Made by a program: the position numbers and the translations under genes. From an uncultured Candidatus Binatia bacterium (lineage in GTDB: Bacteria; Desulfobacterota; Binatia; UBA9968; JAJDTQ01): DNA of 64,000 nt. The number at the start of each line of letters is the position of its first letter. Positions within the stretch are counted from its first letter, which is position 1. Location: positions 1,248,001 through 1,312,000 of the forward strand of contig OZ244070.1 of NCBI GenBank assembly GCA_965215605.1, given 5' to 3'. Under the pieces are notes generated by a model. That model was not told the origin of the DNA. It ran no database searches and saw only the letters and a program-made list of their open reading frames with translations. Of the stretch, positions 1 through 10,404 are shown one piece after another.

Positions 1-45
1 ACCAGTATGTGTGATGTTTTCTTCATTGCGTCAACACCGCGACAT

Positions 46-654
46 TCACGACTGTTGTATGGTCGGCAGATCGGCACGCACCGGCACGATCCTGTATTGA
101 TACAGTTTTGTGGAAAAGAGACGGCTCGAAATCAACCCGCCGGGCTTGACACAAACCTCCACCACCATGACCGTCTCGCCACCAGTCATTGCCAACTCCG
201 TGGGGAGGGCGCCGCCTTTGCCGATCAGAGTGCGGTCGCCGCAAGCCTCGACAAGCGTGGGCGGAGCCCCGTCTTTGGGAGCCAGCAGGACCTCGTGGTC
301 CCACTGCACACTCGTGGCGCCCTGCTGATCAGACTTGGTGATCGCGGAAATGACGAATGCGGCCTTTGACGACACCCCTATCTGTTTCTCGTGAGAGAAT
401 TTCGCCAAGTCGTTGACCCACTGGGCCGGCGGCGTACTCGCCAACGACATGTACTCGGCCATGGTGTTGGCGGCCTGCGTGCCCAACGATTTCGCCTCAA
501 TGAGCCGGTAGATGTCCAGAGAGCCTGTCGTTATGGCGAGAAAGAGCACTGACCCGGCGACGAACTCTATGCTTACGGATGCGCGCGTGCTCCGCCACCA
601 CGATGACAGCACCGCGGGGACACTTGAAGACATTTTGCGTTTCAAGCTTTTCAT
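46..654 (-). CDS. TadE/TadF-like pseudopilin (Tad/Flp pilus assembly)
   Basis: N-terminal RASVSIEF motif followed by a hydrophobic helix, like the G-x-x-x-x-E-F prepilin motif of TadE/F; adjacent to a paralogue. Confidence 0.7.
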   Translation of the reverse strand: MKSLKRKMSSSVPAVLSSWWRSTRASVSIEFVAGSVLFLAITTGSLDIYRLIEAKSLGTQAANTMAEYMSLASTPPAQWVNDLAKFSHEKQIGVSSKAAFVISAITKSDQQGATSVQWDHEVLLAPKDGAPPTLVEACGDRTLIGKGGALPTELAMTGGETVMVVEVCVKPGGLISSRLFSTKLYQYRIVPVRADLPTIQQS

Positions 655-663
655 TGGCCTACC

Positions 664-1422
664 TCAACGTGGGAGCTGGCTCGTCTCAAGTGGGCCATCG
701 GTTTGGGAATCCGGATCGCCATTGGTTTGGGAATCCGGATTGCTGGTCGGGGTGTTCGGGTCGTTGGTCTGCGGAATGCTGGTCTGCAAATTCGGGCCGT
801 CGGTCTGCGAATCCGGGCCGTCGGTCTGCGAGACTTTCTCGTCCTTTTCAGGATTGGTGGCCAATGCCAGTTCGTTGCGCGTCACCGCCAGCGCCGTGAA
901 GGCGACGTCGCCGCTCCCGCCATTGTCCAGCAATTTCTGTCGCCACCACGCAAAACCGCCGGTGGGCTCATAGGTCAGCTTCACCACCACCATATCGCCC
1001 GGACCCCCACCCTTCTGGCCGAATTTGTCGGTGGACACCTCGCCGGCCTGCATCTTCGACGGGTTCTTGTAGACCTCGAACCGAACATCCACCACGTTGC
1101 TGTCCAGCGTGTCTTTGCCCACCTCTTCCCGTATGGCGTCCCAAGCGCGGTTTTCCAACTCGTGCTTGTTTCTCGCCTGGAACGGCTGCAACACATGGTC
1201 ACGCGCGGCAGCGTAGGCCGCGCGCTCCAGGATGTCGCCGGTGTTCACCACTTTCACAATCTCGAACGCGGTACCGAACATGCCTACCGTGAAGGCGATG
1301 TATGCGACGCTCTCCAACGCCACCGACGCGCGGCGGCAGAAGGCGAAAGGCCGCAAGCGCCCCACCGAAAAGGAGGAAAGCCCGCGCAACCTCGGAAGCA
1401 ATTTACGAATCGCCAAATTCAT
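664..1422 (-). CDS. TadE-like pseudopilin with repetitive low-complexity C-terminal tail
   Basis: RASVALES, hydrophobic helix, LERAAYAAAR, then GGPGDMVVVKLTY and VTRNE, all typical of TadE proteins. Confidence 0.75.
   Translation of the reverse strand: MNLAIRKLLPRLRGLSSFSVGRLRPFAFCRRASVALESVAYIAFTVGMFGTAFEIVKVVNTGDILERAAYAAARDHVLQPFQARNKHELENRAWDAIREEVGKDTLDSNVVDVRFEVYKNPSKMQAGEVSTDKFGQKGGGPGDMVVVKLTYEPTGGFAWWRQKLLDNGGSGDVAFTALAVTRNELALATNPEKDEKVSQTDGPDSQTDGPNLQTSIPQTNDPNTPTSNPDSQTNGDPDSQTDGPLETSQLPR
690..831 (-). repeat. Degenerate 21-24 bp coding tandem repeats (QTDGPDS-like units)
   Basis: cgggccgtcggtctgcga at 793-810 and 814-831; ggtttgggaatccggat twice within 697-740. Confidence 0.8.
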
Positions 1423-1498
1423 ACCCTCTGTTTCAATACCCTCTGTCCGTCAATGACCGATTTGACCACGATGGCCGGGTGAACCGAGGGTATGTTAC

Positions 1499-1513
1499 GC
1501 AAAGTGCGTGCCA
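1499..1513 (-). promoter_or_regulatory. sigma54 (-24/-12) promoter of the tadE-like operon
   Basis: Minus strand reads TGGCACGCACTTTGC, matching TGGCAC-N5-TTGC, about 77 bp upstream of the ATG at 1422. Confidence 0.8.
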
Positions 1514-1761
1514 TCTGTACCCGAGGGGGCCTGAAGGGGAAATTGCCCGGTTTAACGGGGGCTAACGGCGAGGAATCTGGAAACCGCGAATTCCAGCGGC
1601 GCGACAAAATTGATCGCCGTGCGACCGTACAACACGAAGTTTCTCGGCAGGAAAATCATAACTATCTGATTTAAAATGAGATTTTTCCAATTGTTTCGAA
1701 AGTGTTGCAATTTGCATCGTATACCAAAAAAACGCAACACTGCGTGAAACCGCAAACGACC

Positions 1762-3657
1762 TCAGTCCCTGTCGGTGAGGCCGTACCGTTTCAGTTTCCG
1801 GTGCAGTGTCACCCGGTTGATGCCCAGTGTCCGGGCCGCCTGGGTGACGTTGTTTCCGGTGGCTTCCAGCGCCTGGGCGAGGGCCTCCCGCTCGACATCA
1901 ACCAACGACGGCGCCGCCACCGGGAGCCGCCTTTCCGAACGCGCGCGGCGGCGGAAAAGTTGCGGAGGCAGACTCTCCGCCTGCAGCACGTCGGTCTGCT
2001 CCAGCAGAACGGCGCGCTCAATGGCGTTGTCGAGCTCGCGCACGTTGCCGGGCCAATCGTATTGCAACAGCATCCGGCTCGCGGCGCTGGAAATTCCCCT
2101 AAGGGGCCGGTCGCTGCGTTGGGTGTGTATCTTCAGAAAGTGATCGGCCAGCATCGTGATGTCCCCACGACGCTGCCTGAGGGGCGGTATCTCGATGGGG
2201 AAGGCGGCAACGCGATACAGCAGGTCTTCACGGAAATCCCCCTCTTTGACCGCGTCCTCGAGGTTCTTGTTGGTGGCCACGATGACCCGGACATCGACGG
2301 CGGTGGTGCCGGAACCGCCCACACGCTGGACTTCCCGTTCCTGCAACACCCGCAAGAGCTTGGCCTGGAGCGCGGGCTGCATGTCGCCGATCTCGTCAAG
2401 CAGGATGGTCCCGCGGTTGGCCCGCTCGAAGGCGCCGATTCTCCGTTGGGTCGCGCCCGTAAACGCCCCATGTTCGTGACCGAACAACTCGCTCTCTATC
2501 AGTGCTTCGGGGATGGCGGCGCAGTTGAGGGCCACGAACGGCCCCTTGTTCCGAGGACTGTTGGCGTGAAGCATCCGCGCCACGAGTTCCTTGCCAGTAC
2601 CGCTCTCGCCGCGAATCAACACGGTGATGTCGCTCCCCGCGGCCTGGCGAATCAGTGCGTAGACCTGCTGCATGGGTCGACTGGCGCCGACCATGCCCTC
2701 CACGGACTCCGTGGCCTCCGCCAACTCGGCGCGCAACCGCAGCAACTCGGCCTTCATGTGCTCGCTTTCCACGTCTCCGGATACATCCCGGTAGACATGG
2801 AGGTCGCCCACCACCGTCCCCCCGCTGTCACGCACCCGCGAAGTCGCGCGGTAGAACAACCGGCTCTCGCCCGCCTTGCCGTTGCCTCTTTGCTCCACCA
2901 ACTCTCCCCTATCCCCGAAGGCGGATTCCCTCTCCAGCGCTGGCAACTCGGGGGCGTGGAACCGCTCCTTGAATCGGGCCGTTGCCGCATCCAGATCAAG
3001 CTCCTTCAACTCGATTTCCGTGAGGCCCGCCAAGGTCTGGTAGCCCTGATTGGCAAACAGGAGGCGCCCGTCACGATCATACAGCGCCATGGCCTCCCGT
3101 GAGGCGTTGAGCACGGATTCCAGCCGCGTATAGCCGATGGAAAGCTGCCGCCGGTTCTCCGCCAATTTCCTCTCGACGTTCCACTTCCCCACCAGAGAGA
3201 GCGTGATCTGCTGGATCTCTTCGCGCGCAAAGGGCTTGCGGACGTACAGCACCTTGTGAAGCGGCCCGACGGTTTCGACGACATCGAGCAAGGACCGGTC
3301 CGTGTAGGCGGTCATGATGACGACCTCGATGTCGGGGTCGATCTTCCTGATGCGGCCGATGGTTTCGATACCGTCCATGCCGGGAGGCATGCGGATATCG
3401 ACGTAGGCGACGGCAACGGGAACGTCCGCTTCCTTTCCGGCGCTCACGATCCCGCAGGCGTCCTCTCCGCTCCTGGCGTGCAGCATCTCGAAGTCCGGCA
3501 AACGGGGCGGTTCCTCCTCGGCGAGAAACGCGGACGCCAGCTCGCGTCCCGACGACGCCAACGACCGTGGGTTCAGGATCTCCGCGAAGTCGTCGTGAAT
3601 CTCCTTCTGATCGTCGACGATCAACACGCGCCGGTTGGTGTACCCCTCAAACTCCAT
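1762..3657 (-). CDS. sigma54-dependent response regulator (REC-PAS-AAA+-Fis HTH)
   Basis: VLIVDD...DIRMP receiver domain, GESGTGKE Walker [25 protein letters not shown]-terminal HTH. Confidence 0.95.
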   Translation of the reverse strand: MEFEGYTNRRVLIVDDQKEIHDDFAEILNPRSLASSGRELASAFLAEEEPPRLPDFEMLHARSGEDACGIVSAGKEADVPVAVAYVDIRMPPGMDGIETIGRIRKIDPDIEVVIMTAYTDRSLLDVVETVGPLHKVLYVRKPFAREEIQQITLSLVGKWNVERKLAENRRQLSIGYTRLESVLNASREAMALYDRDGRLLFANQGYQTLAGLTEIELKELDLDAATARFKERFHAPELPALERESAFGDRGELVEQRGNGKAGESRLFYRATSRVRDSGGTVVGDLHVYRDVSGDVESEHMKAELLRLRAELAEATESVEGMVGASRPMQQVYALIRQAAGSDITVLIRGESGTGKELVARMLHANSPRNKGPFVALNCAAIPEALIESELFGHEHGAFTGATQRRIGAFERANRGTILLDEIGDMQPALQAKLLRVLQEREVQRVGGSGTTAVDVRVIVATNKNLEDAVKEGDFREDLLYRVAAFPIEIPPLRQRRGDITMLADHFLKIHTQRSDRPLRGISSAASRMLLQYDWPGNVRELDNAIERAVLLEQTDVLQAESLPPQLFRRRARSERRLPVAAPSLVDVEREALAQALEATGNNVTQAARTLGINRVTLHRKLKRYGLTDRD

Positions 3658-5488
3658 CCAGCATCCTCATGGGCCGGACGGATGGCTCACATGCCGTACC
3701 GCCCGGCTCAGCCCAACTGTGCGTAATACGGGGGGGGGGGGGCAACCGCAGCCCGATGCGCACGGTGGCGCCCTTGCCGAGGCCGGGGCTCGAAATCTCA
3801 ATGCGCCCGCCCGCGCCAACGACAAAGTTGGCCGCCGAATGAAGACCCAGTCCGGTGCCCGATTCCTTGGTGGTGTAGCCCGCGGCAAAGAACTTGCGGG
3901 TGTCCCGCTCAACGAAACCGATGCCGTTGTCGGTCACTTCGACGTCGAGCGAACCGTTGGCGCTGCCGGCCTGTATCCGAACGCACGGCTCTTCGTCGAG
4001 TGCAGCCGACTCGCGGCGCTGACGAATCGCCTGCACCGCGTTCCCGACTACGTTGATGAGCATCTGATGAAACGGACTCTCATGAATCGAGACCTCTTTC
4101 GGCGCCTTGGCGCAGTCGACGTGGAACCGGACACGCTCATCGGCGTGCGACTCCTGCACCACCCTGACGGCATCCCAGAGAGTCTTCCGAAGGTTGACGT
4201 TCCTCTCGGCGGCGGCCGGACCGCTGGGCCATCGTTGTGTACGCACGATGTCGGCGATGTGCCCGGCCCTGTCTCGCACCCGCCCGACCGTCCGCGCCAA
4301 CCTTCGGTTTTGCCGGGAGATGTCTTCGGCGAGGCTTAAGATGAACGGCCTCACCTTCCGGCCTTGCGGGTGGCTCTGGAGATAGTCGATCCAGTCGTCT
4401 CCATGTGCCTCGATGGCGTCGGACAGAGCGCGGAGCCGGCGCACCAACCGGTCGTCCTCGAGTTCCGAGTGGATGGTCTCGACGCCGGTGGTCACGGAAC
4501 TGATGGCGTTGCCGATGTTGTGCAGGATCGTATCGACCCCTTCCACCCGCCCCTCCGCAAACGCGCCCCTCATCGCTACATCCGCCGTCTTCTGGGCGGT
4601 AATGTCACGAAAAACGATCACCCCACCTCGTTGGCGGTTGGAGATGTCCTTCAACGGCCGGCCGGTGACGCTGATATAGACGCCTTGGGGCTGAACTTCA
4701 TTGCGCACGAACAATTCCTGATCGTCCGTCTCCCGGCCCAGCATCGCTAGCACCAGCGGATTCTCTTCCACCGGCAGCAGCGTCTTCTTGTCGAGAAGAT
4801 AAACGCCATGCATGGCCGCCCATTCATCAATGTTGTTGTTGGGCTCACGCATGCCGCCGATCCGAACCGCCCCCACGTTGAATGCCAAGCGCTCCCCGTC
4901 CTGATCCGTGGCGAGCACGCCCTCCTCCATGCTGTTGAAAATGACATCCATCATGTGGATGTGTTCCCGCATCTCTTCGACTCGGTGCTCCAACCGGGTT
5001 CGGGTTTCCCTGTGTCTGCCTTCCCACTCACGCAGGGACAGAGCCGTGTCGAGGCTCAGGCGGAGCTGCCGCGCGTCGAAGGGTTTCAGCACGAAGGTCA
5101 ACGGGTAACCCGTGGAAGGGGGCGGGGAGAAAATTCCGCCGAAACCGTCCGCCGTCTCGGTCAGACAAACCACGGGGATATGGAGCGCCGCGCCGATCCG
5201 TCGGGCCGATGCAAGGCCGTTCATCTCGGGGCTGGGGCCGTTCGCGCCGGCGTCGACGCCGTTCATGCCGGCTGCCGCGCCGTTCACTTCCGCGCCGGAA
5301 TCGAGGGCGACGGCGGGATCGAGGTCCATCAGTGCCGCGTCAGGAGCCGTTTCCGCCGCCCGCTCAACCGCCTCGTCCACGGAAGCCGCCACCGCGCACA
5401 CATCGTAGCCCAAACCGCGCAGATGTTGCTCCAAACCGTCAGCATCCGGCCCGTCGCCCCGGACAACCAATATGCTGGCGCGCGTCAT
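3647..5488 (-). CDS. Hybrid sensor histidine kinase (REC-PAS-HisKA-HATPase); start uncertain (ORF is open to 5620)
   Basis: LHNIGN H-box, NAVQA N-box, DNGIG G1, [15 protein letters not shown]2 boxes, N-terminal receiver-like domain. Confidence 0.9.
   Translation of the reverse strand: MTRASILVVRGDGPDADGLEQHLRGLGYDVCAVAASVDEAVERAAETAPDAALMDLDPAVALDSGAEVNGAAAGMNGVDAGANGPSPEMNGLASARRIGAALHIPVVCLTETADGFGGIFSPPPSTGYPLTFVLKPFDARQLRLSLDTALSLREWEGRHRETRTRLEHRVEEMREHIHMMDVIFNSMEEGVLATDQDGERLAFNVGAVRIGGMREPNNNIDEWAAMHGVYLLDKKTLLPVEENPLVLAMLGRETDDQELFVRNEVQPQGVYISVTGRPLKDISNRQRGGVIVFRDITAQKTADVAMRGAFAEGRVEGVDTILHNIGNAISSVTTGVETIHSELEDDRLVRRLRALSDAIEAHGDDWIDYLQSHPQGRKVRPFILSLAEDISRQNRRLARTVGRVRDRAGHIADIVRTQRWPSGPAAAERNVNLRKTLWDAVRVVQESHADERVRFHVDCAKAPKEVSIHESPFHQMLINVVGNAVQAIRQRRESAALDEEPCVRIQAGSANGSLDVEVTDNGIGFVERDTRKFFAAGYTTKESGTGLGLHSAANFVVGAGGRIEISSPGLGKGATVRIGLRLPPPPRITHSWAEPGGTACEPSVRPMRMLDGV
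3730..3742. repeat. G13/C13 homopolymer tract in the kinase 3' end
   Basis: 13 consecutive G on the plus strand. Confidence 0.9.
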
Positions 5489-5634
5489 GACGTTCCCGTA
5501 CCTGCCAAGTCTCTCGTCCCTGCCTTCATCGTGCTCCTTCCCATGTGGATCCTGGTCAACCCACTGGAGTACCCCCCCTTCCTGCCGACACAAACTCCCA
5601 TACATCACCCGGCATTTCAAGCAAAGTTCCTCCC

Positions 5635-5657
5635 GTCACCCCGGACTTGATCCGGGG
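5635..5657. repeat. Short palindromic repeat element (GTCACCCCGGACTTGATCCGGGG) overlapping the TMTC-like stop codon
   Basis: CCCCGGA-CTTGA-TCCGGGG hairpin resembling the widespread GTCATCCCGGACTTGATCCGGGA repeats. Confidence 0.5.
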
Positions 5658-8125
5658 CCGGACCCGGCCCCCCGCGAACGCAACGCCTCCCGTACCCGAT
5701 CCCGCAACTCCCGGGCTTCCTCCGACCCCGGAGCCAATTCCAGAGCGCGCCCCAGTGCCGCCAGCGCATCCGAATACCGACCCAGGCGATGCAATGTCAT
5801 GCCGAGTCGAAGGTGCGCCCCCGCCACGAAGGGCCTCACCTTGACGAGCCGCCGGTACAGCGCCAAGGCGTCCTCGAACCGTGCATCCGCGAAACGAATC
5901 GCCGCCAGCGGCTCCAGGGCCTCCGCGTCGAGGGGGTCGACATCCAGCGCACTCCGGTAATGCCGGGCCGCGTCCTCGGTCCGGCCCTGCTTCTCGCGGA
6001 CCTGGCCCATGACCCGGTGCGCCTCGCGGGCTATCGGGCGGCTCGGGGCGAGCGAGAATGCCTTGTCGAGGGCTGCCTCCGCGGCCTCGAACTGCTCCAG
6101 CCTCAGGAGCACCGTGCCCAATAGGACTCGGACCAGCGGATGCTCCGGCTCGCGCTCGATCAGCGCCTTGCAGCGGTCCTGCGCTTCGGCGAGCCAAGCG
6201 TCGTGTCCCGCCGTATCCGCATCGGCTCGGGGCGTGGGGCCTTGCTCGGTGGAATGTCCGCTGTCGCTGACCGAAACACCCGCAGCCCGTATCCGGTCGG
6301 CCTCCAGATCCGCCCGGGCGAGGAGGAGCCGGATGTGACCAGGCCGTAATGCGAGGGCCTGGTCGAGGTGCGATGCCGCGGCACCGAAACCCCCCAGCTT
6401 GTGAAGGGCCTCACCCGTCAGCGAGTGCAGAGCAGGCTCATTGTTCACGTGCCGGACCACCGGAAGCGCCCGGCTGAACGATTCGACCGCGGCCTCGTAG
6501 CGCCCGGATTGAAAGAGGGCGATACCGTTCTGAAGGTGAGCCACATCGTTGCCGGAGTCATCCGCAATCAACTTTCGGTAGATTCCCAAGGCTTCGTCAT
6601 AGCGTGTTTGGCGCACCAGAGCCCGCGCAAGCTCCAGTCGACGCCCCGCCTCACGGCCACGTGGCCAGGACGCGAGAGAACGACGAAGAACGGCCTCCGC
6701 CTCGCCGGGGTGATCTTGTGCCAGCAGGGCGTTACCGAGAGTCAAGTCTACCTCGCCTTGGGAATACCCGCTGATGCCCATGGAAAGGTCCACCGCTCGC
6801 CTCGCAGCTTCGAGGGCCTTGTCGTGGTAACCGCTGCCATTCAGTGCTCCGCTCAAGATGATCTGTCCGAAATAGTGCCGCGGACTAGACGCGGCGACGT
6901 GACGGGCGAACACAAGGCCGTCACGGTAGATGCCCGCCTGCTGCCAACTCAGGACACCCAAGGCCAGGAGGATGACGCCGGCCGCGACAACCGTGCCCGG
7001 CTGACCCAGGAATCGTAGTCGACCCGCCCTGTGAAACACGACGCCCAGGAGGGCCAGCGGACCGATGCTGGCCAGGTACTGGAAGCGATCAGCCACGAAG
7101 GCGATGCGCATGAAGCTGAAGTCCACAAAGCCGAGGACCGGCGAAAGGGTCACCGCGAAGAACAACCCCGCCGCGAAGGGGCCACGCCCGATACGGCCGC
7201 GGGCGCACCACAGCATCACGCCAAGAGAAACCAAGGCCGCGAGTGCCAGCCAGCCCAGGATGTCGCCCGTGTGGACTTCCCAGCGAGGGTAGAAGACCGG
7301 CAAGTGCACCGGCCACGCGAGCTGGTACACGTACATCCAAAGCGCCCGCGCCGCGATGAGCGCTCGCTCGACCAACGAGTAATCAAAGGGGAGGTAGGCT
7401 CTGTCCTGGTACAAGGCGAGGTCGGCAAGCGTAATGCCAACCGCAAGCGCCAAGAACGGCGCGACGCGCGCGGCATCGCGCCATGTCACACGTCCATGGA
7501 GCCACCACTGAATGATCAGGAGGGTCGGCGGCAGAGTCACCGCGATGGACTTGGAAAGCAATGCCAAGGCGAAGAGCGCAAGGGAAAACAGGTAGCGACT
7601 GAGCCCCGGCGTCTCGGTGAACCGCAACCAAACATGGACCGCGCCAAGATAGAAAAGGGCGGAGAGCAGGTCCTTCCGTTCAATGATCCAGGCCACCGAC
7701 TCCACGTGCACCGGATGAATCGCGAAAACTGCGGCCACGAGCCACGCACCCGGAACCAAGAGGCGGACAAGTACGCGCCAGAGCAAAACCGTATTCAGGG
7801 CATGTAAAACGATGTTGACCGCGTGGTAGCCCGCGGGGTGAAGACCCCAGAGCTTGTGCTCGATCCAGAAGCTCGTGTAGGTGACCGGCCAGTAATGAAA
7901 CTCAGAGTTTAGCTCCGACGGAGCAAACCAGATGGACACAATCCCGTCAACGCGGCGGATCAAGGGTTCAGCGACGAGAATCACGTCGTCCCAGACAAAA
8001 CCGCCGGAGAATGCAGGAAAATAGGCGATAAGCACCAGCAGCACTAGGCCCCGGCCCTTGCGGGCCTCGGAGGCCTGCGCCCATGACGCCAATCGGCGGA
8101 ACGCGACTGCGAAAACCTCTACCAT
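5636..8125 (-). CDS. TMTC-like GT-C membrane glycosyltransferase with C-terminal TPR repeats
   Basis: GFVWDD, YWPVTYTSF, YHAVNIVLH, HPVHVESVAWI and ADRFQY motifs, many TM helices, then multiple TPR units. Confidence 0.85.
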   Translation of the reverse strand: MVEVFAVAFRRLASWAQASEARKGRGLVLLVLIAYFPAFSGGFVWDDVILVAEPLIRRVDGIVSIWFAPSELNSEFHYWPVTYTSFWIEHKLWGLHPAGYHAVNIVLHALNTVLLWRVLVRLLVPGAWLVAAVFAIHPVHVESVAWIIERKDLLSALFYLGAVHVWLRFTETPGLSRYLFSLALFALALLSKSIAVTLPPTLLIIQWWLHGRVTWRDAARVAPFLALAVGITLADLALYQDRAYLPFDYSLVERALIAARALWMYVYQLAWPVHLPVFYPRWEVHTGDILGWLALAALVSLGVMLWCARGRIGRGPFAAGLFFAVTLSPVLGFVDFSFMRIAFVADRFQYLASIGPLALLGVVFHRAGRLRFLGQPGTVVAAGVILLALGVLSWQQAGIYRDGLVFARHVAASSPRHYFGQIILSGALNGSGYHDKALEAARRAVDLSMGISGYSQGEVDLTLGNALLAQDHPGEAEAVLRRSLASWPRGREAGRRLELARALVRQTRYDEALGIYRKLIADDSGNDVAHLQNGIALFQSGRYEAAVESFSRALPVVRHVNNEPALHSLTGEALHKLGGFGAAASHLDQALALRPGHIRLLLARADLEADRIRAAGVSVSDSGHSTEQGPTPRADADTAGHDAWLAEAQDRCKALIEREPEHPLVRVLLGTVLLRLEQFEAAEAALDKAFSLAPSRPIAREAHRVMGQVREKQGRTEDAARHYRSALDVDPLDAEALEPLAAIRFADARFEDALALYRRLVKVRPFVAGAHLRLGMTLHRLGRYSDALAALGRALELAPGSEEARELRDRVREALRSRGAGSGPGSSPG

Positions 8126-8252
8126 GCCGCCCCGTTGGTACCCTTTTCCGCCATCGTGGTATTCAGTTCATGCGCGTTGCTTGGACTCCATTGATGACCG
8201 TAAGCTTACAGGCTGGTTTGGGGCTACCGCAAATCCACCGAGTGAATGGCGA

Positions 8253-9896
8253 ATGACACGCACGCAGGCAACTCTGGAAACTCTACTGCACCGGCAGACC
8301 CCCGGGCCGCAACCCTGGAAGGGCGTCACCGCGGTGCTCGTCCTGGCATTCGCCGTGCGCGCGGCCATCGCCCTGTCCAACGACTTCGTCCTCCATCCCG
8401 ACGAAATAATGCAGTATCTGGAACCAGCCCACCGGTTGGTGTTCGGCAACGGCGTACAGTACTGGGAGTGGTTCTACGAGGCACGCTCATGGCTCATTCC
8501 GGGAGCAATCGCCGGTATCCTGAAGCTCTTTGACACCCTCGGCTTGGGAGAGCCGTTCTGGTACGTGGGCGGTGTCAAACTTGCGCTGTGCGCGATCTCC
8601 CTCACGATCCCCGCGGCCATGTATGTGTTCGCGCGTCGACACTTCGGCGAAAGCACCGCGAGATTGGCCTTGGTGGCCGGAGCGTTGTGGTACGAACTGG
8701 CCGGGTTCGCGCACAAACCCTTATCCGAGTTCCTGGCCACGGCGGCGTTCATGGGCCTGTTGGCCTTGGCCGTGCGCCCCTCGGTGGACGACAGAGTGTG
8801 CTGGACACCCATCCTCGCGGTCCTGACCGCGGCCTTGCGCATTCAATACGCGCCGCTGGCGGTGATGGTTCTGGCAGTGGTGTTCTTGCGTTCCCGTCGA
8901 CGTATGCCCATGGCCCTCGTGGCGGCAACCGCCGTACTCTTGGTCGGGATATTCGATGCCGTTACGTGGAATGGCGGGCTGTTTCACTCTTACGCCCTGT
9001 ATTCGCGTTTCCACCTTATTGGCGCCGCCATTGGCCACGCCGACAATAGCCCTCTCTGGCTCTACTTCCTGTGGCTCGCCTTGGCCAGCGGCGGCGTCTG
9101 CGCCATCACCTTGGTAGAGTCCCTACGCCACCTGCGACGCTACGGCTTCTTGCTTGCCCTTGTCACTTTGACTCTGCTGCTTCATTCTCTACAGGCGCAC
9201 AAGGAATACCGCTTCATTTTCGTAGTGATTCCGCTCTGGCTGATGATTGGCGCGGATGTCGTGACAAAGTTCGCGACTGAGCGTGTCAAGGGACGTTGGG
9301 TGACACAAACCGTGGCAGCGGTTTTCGCTGGCCTCTCTTTGTTCGGAATCCTGAACCTGCTACCGTACCAACGGCTGGTGTATCTCGCCTGGTCATTTGA
9401 GACCGGATATACCGACTTCGTGCGGGGACAGGATCCTGCCTTTGCCGCTTACCGTTATCTTGCCCGGGCCCCATATGTGAAATCGGTGTGGCACATCGAC
9501 CGATCCTACTTCCAGACGCCAGGCTACTATTACCTGCACCGGAGCGTGCCGTTCTACGACGCACACACTGGACGCAGCCTCATTCCACATAAGGCCACAA
9601 TCCACGCATCGGCGAGTCACATCGTCTCTACGACGTCCGATACCTATTTTCCTGGCTATTCCCTGGAAAGAGCCTTCGGACCCTTGCGCATCCTTCGACG
9701 CAACGAGAACGACGCGCCTGTACGTGGATGGCATTCGTACACGCCCATCATTGTGGGAGAACACGACGAAACCGCCGTTAACCGTGTCGACCGTGGGGCG
9801 CCGGCACCCCCAACCGATTCCGGCATCCGCTTCACCGACACTGTGGACTCCCCTTGCACCGCTCAACCATCGCCCAATGAACATGATAGCCGTTGA
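8253..9896 (+). CDS. Alg9/PIG-B-like (GT22) mannosyltransferase, GT-C fold
   Basis: HPDEIMQYLEPAHRLVFG, WEW..EARSW and HKEYRFI motifs; polytopic membrane protein; start chosen at ATG 8253. Confidence 0.85.
   Translation: MTRTQATLETLLHRQTPGPQPWKGVTAVLVLAFAVRAAIALSNDFVLHPDEIMQYLEPAHRLVFGNGVQYWEWFYEARSWLIPGAIAGILKLFDTLGLGEPFWYVGGVKLALCAISLTIPAAMYVFARRHFGESTARLALVAGALWYELAGFAHKPLSEFLATAAFMGLLALAVRPSVDDRVCWTPILAVLTAALRIQYAPLAVMVLAVVFLRSRRRMPMALVAATAVLLVGIFDAVTWNGGLFHSYALYSRFHLIGAAIGHADNSPLWLYFLWLALASGGVCAITLVESLRHLRRYGFLLALVTLTLLLHSLQAHKEYRFIFVVIPLWLMIGADVVTKFATERVKGRWVTQTVAAVFAGLSLFGILNLLPYQRLVYLAWSFETGYTDFVRGQDPAFAAYRYLARAPYVKSVWHIDRSYFQTPGYYYLHRSVPFYDAHTGRSLIPHKATIHASASHIVSTTSDTYFPGYSLERAFGPLRILRRNENDAPVRGWHSYTPIIVGEHDETAVNRVDRGAPAPPTDSGIRFTDTVDSPCTAQPSPNEHDSR
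9779..9883 (+). repeat. 105-bp direct repeat, copy 1 (within the 3' end of the GT22 gene)
   Basis: Matches 14609-14713 with one visible mismatch. Confidence 0.9.
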
Positions 9897-10161
9897 TTCC
9901 CAAACGGAATGGCCCGTTCAGGGAAATTCGTGAGTTTCAGATGGTAAGTCTGTCTGGTTTGGGCGGTTTGGGAAAGGGAAACGGCGTCGGCCTTGACGAA
10001 GAGTGGTCCGGCGGATACTGTTTCGGGTGGATCGCGGCCGAGAAGGCGCAGGGCCAGTTGGTGGTATGTCCGTCAAACATACAGACAAGCGTAGCGACCG
10101 GAGTCCAGCGCCTCACCCAGGAGCGCTTGGCGGGCCACGGCCAACTCCAATGAGGTGGAAT

Positions 10162-10404
10162 ATGTTGATCCGATGGTTTTTCATGACATTGGCATTCCTC
10201 GTCATGATGAACGGCTCGGCCCATGCCTATATCGATCCGGGAGTTGCCAGCATCGTGCTGCAGACCGTGGTCGGGGCAATCGCGGCGGTATTGTTCTTCT
10301 GCTCCGGAGTTTTGCGGTATTTGAAAAACCTGTTCCGGTTCCGTCGCAGCGCACGTGACGAAGCCGCGCCTGCTGCAAAGACTGAACCGCGTTCCCGGCA
10401 GTAA
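10162..10404 (+). CDS. Small membrane protein with AYIDPG motif
   Basis: GAGGTGG RBS, signal-like N-terminus, AHAYIDPG then a TM helix; stop overlaps the next ATG. Confidence 0.7.
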   Translation: MLIRWFFMTLAFLVMMNGSAHAYIDPGVASIVLQTVVGAIAAVLFFCSGVLRYLKNLFRFRRSARDEAAPAAKTEPRSRQ

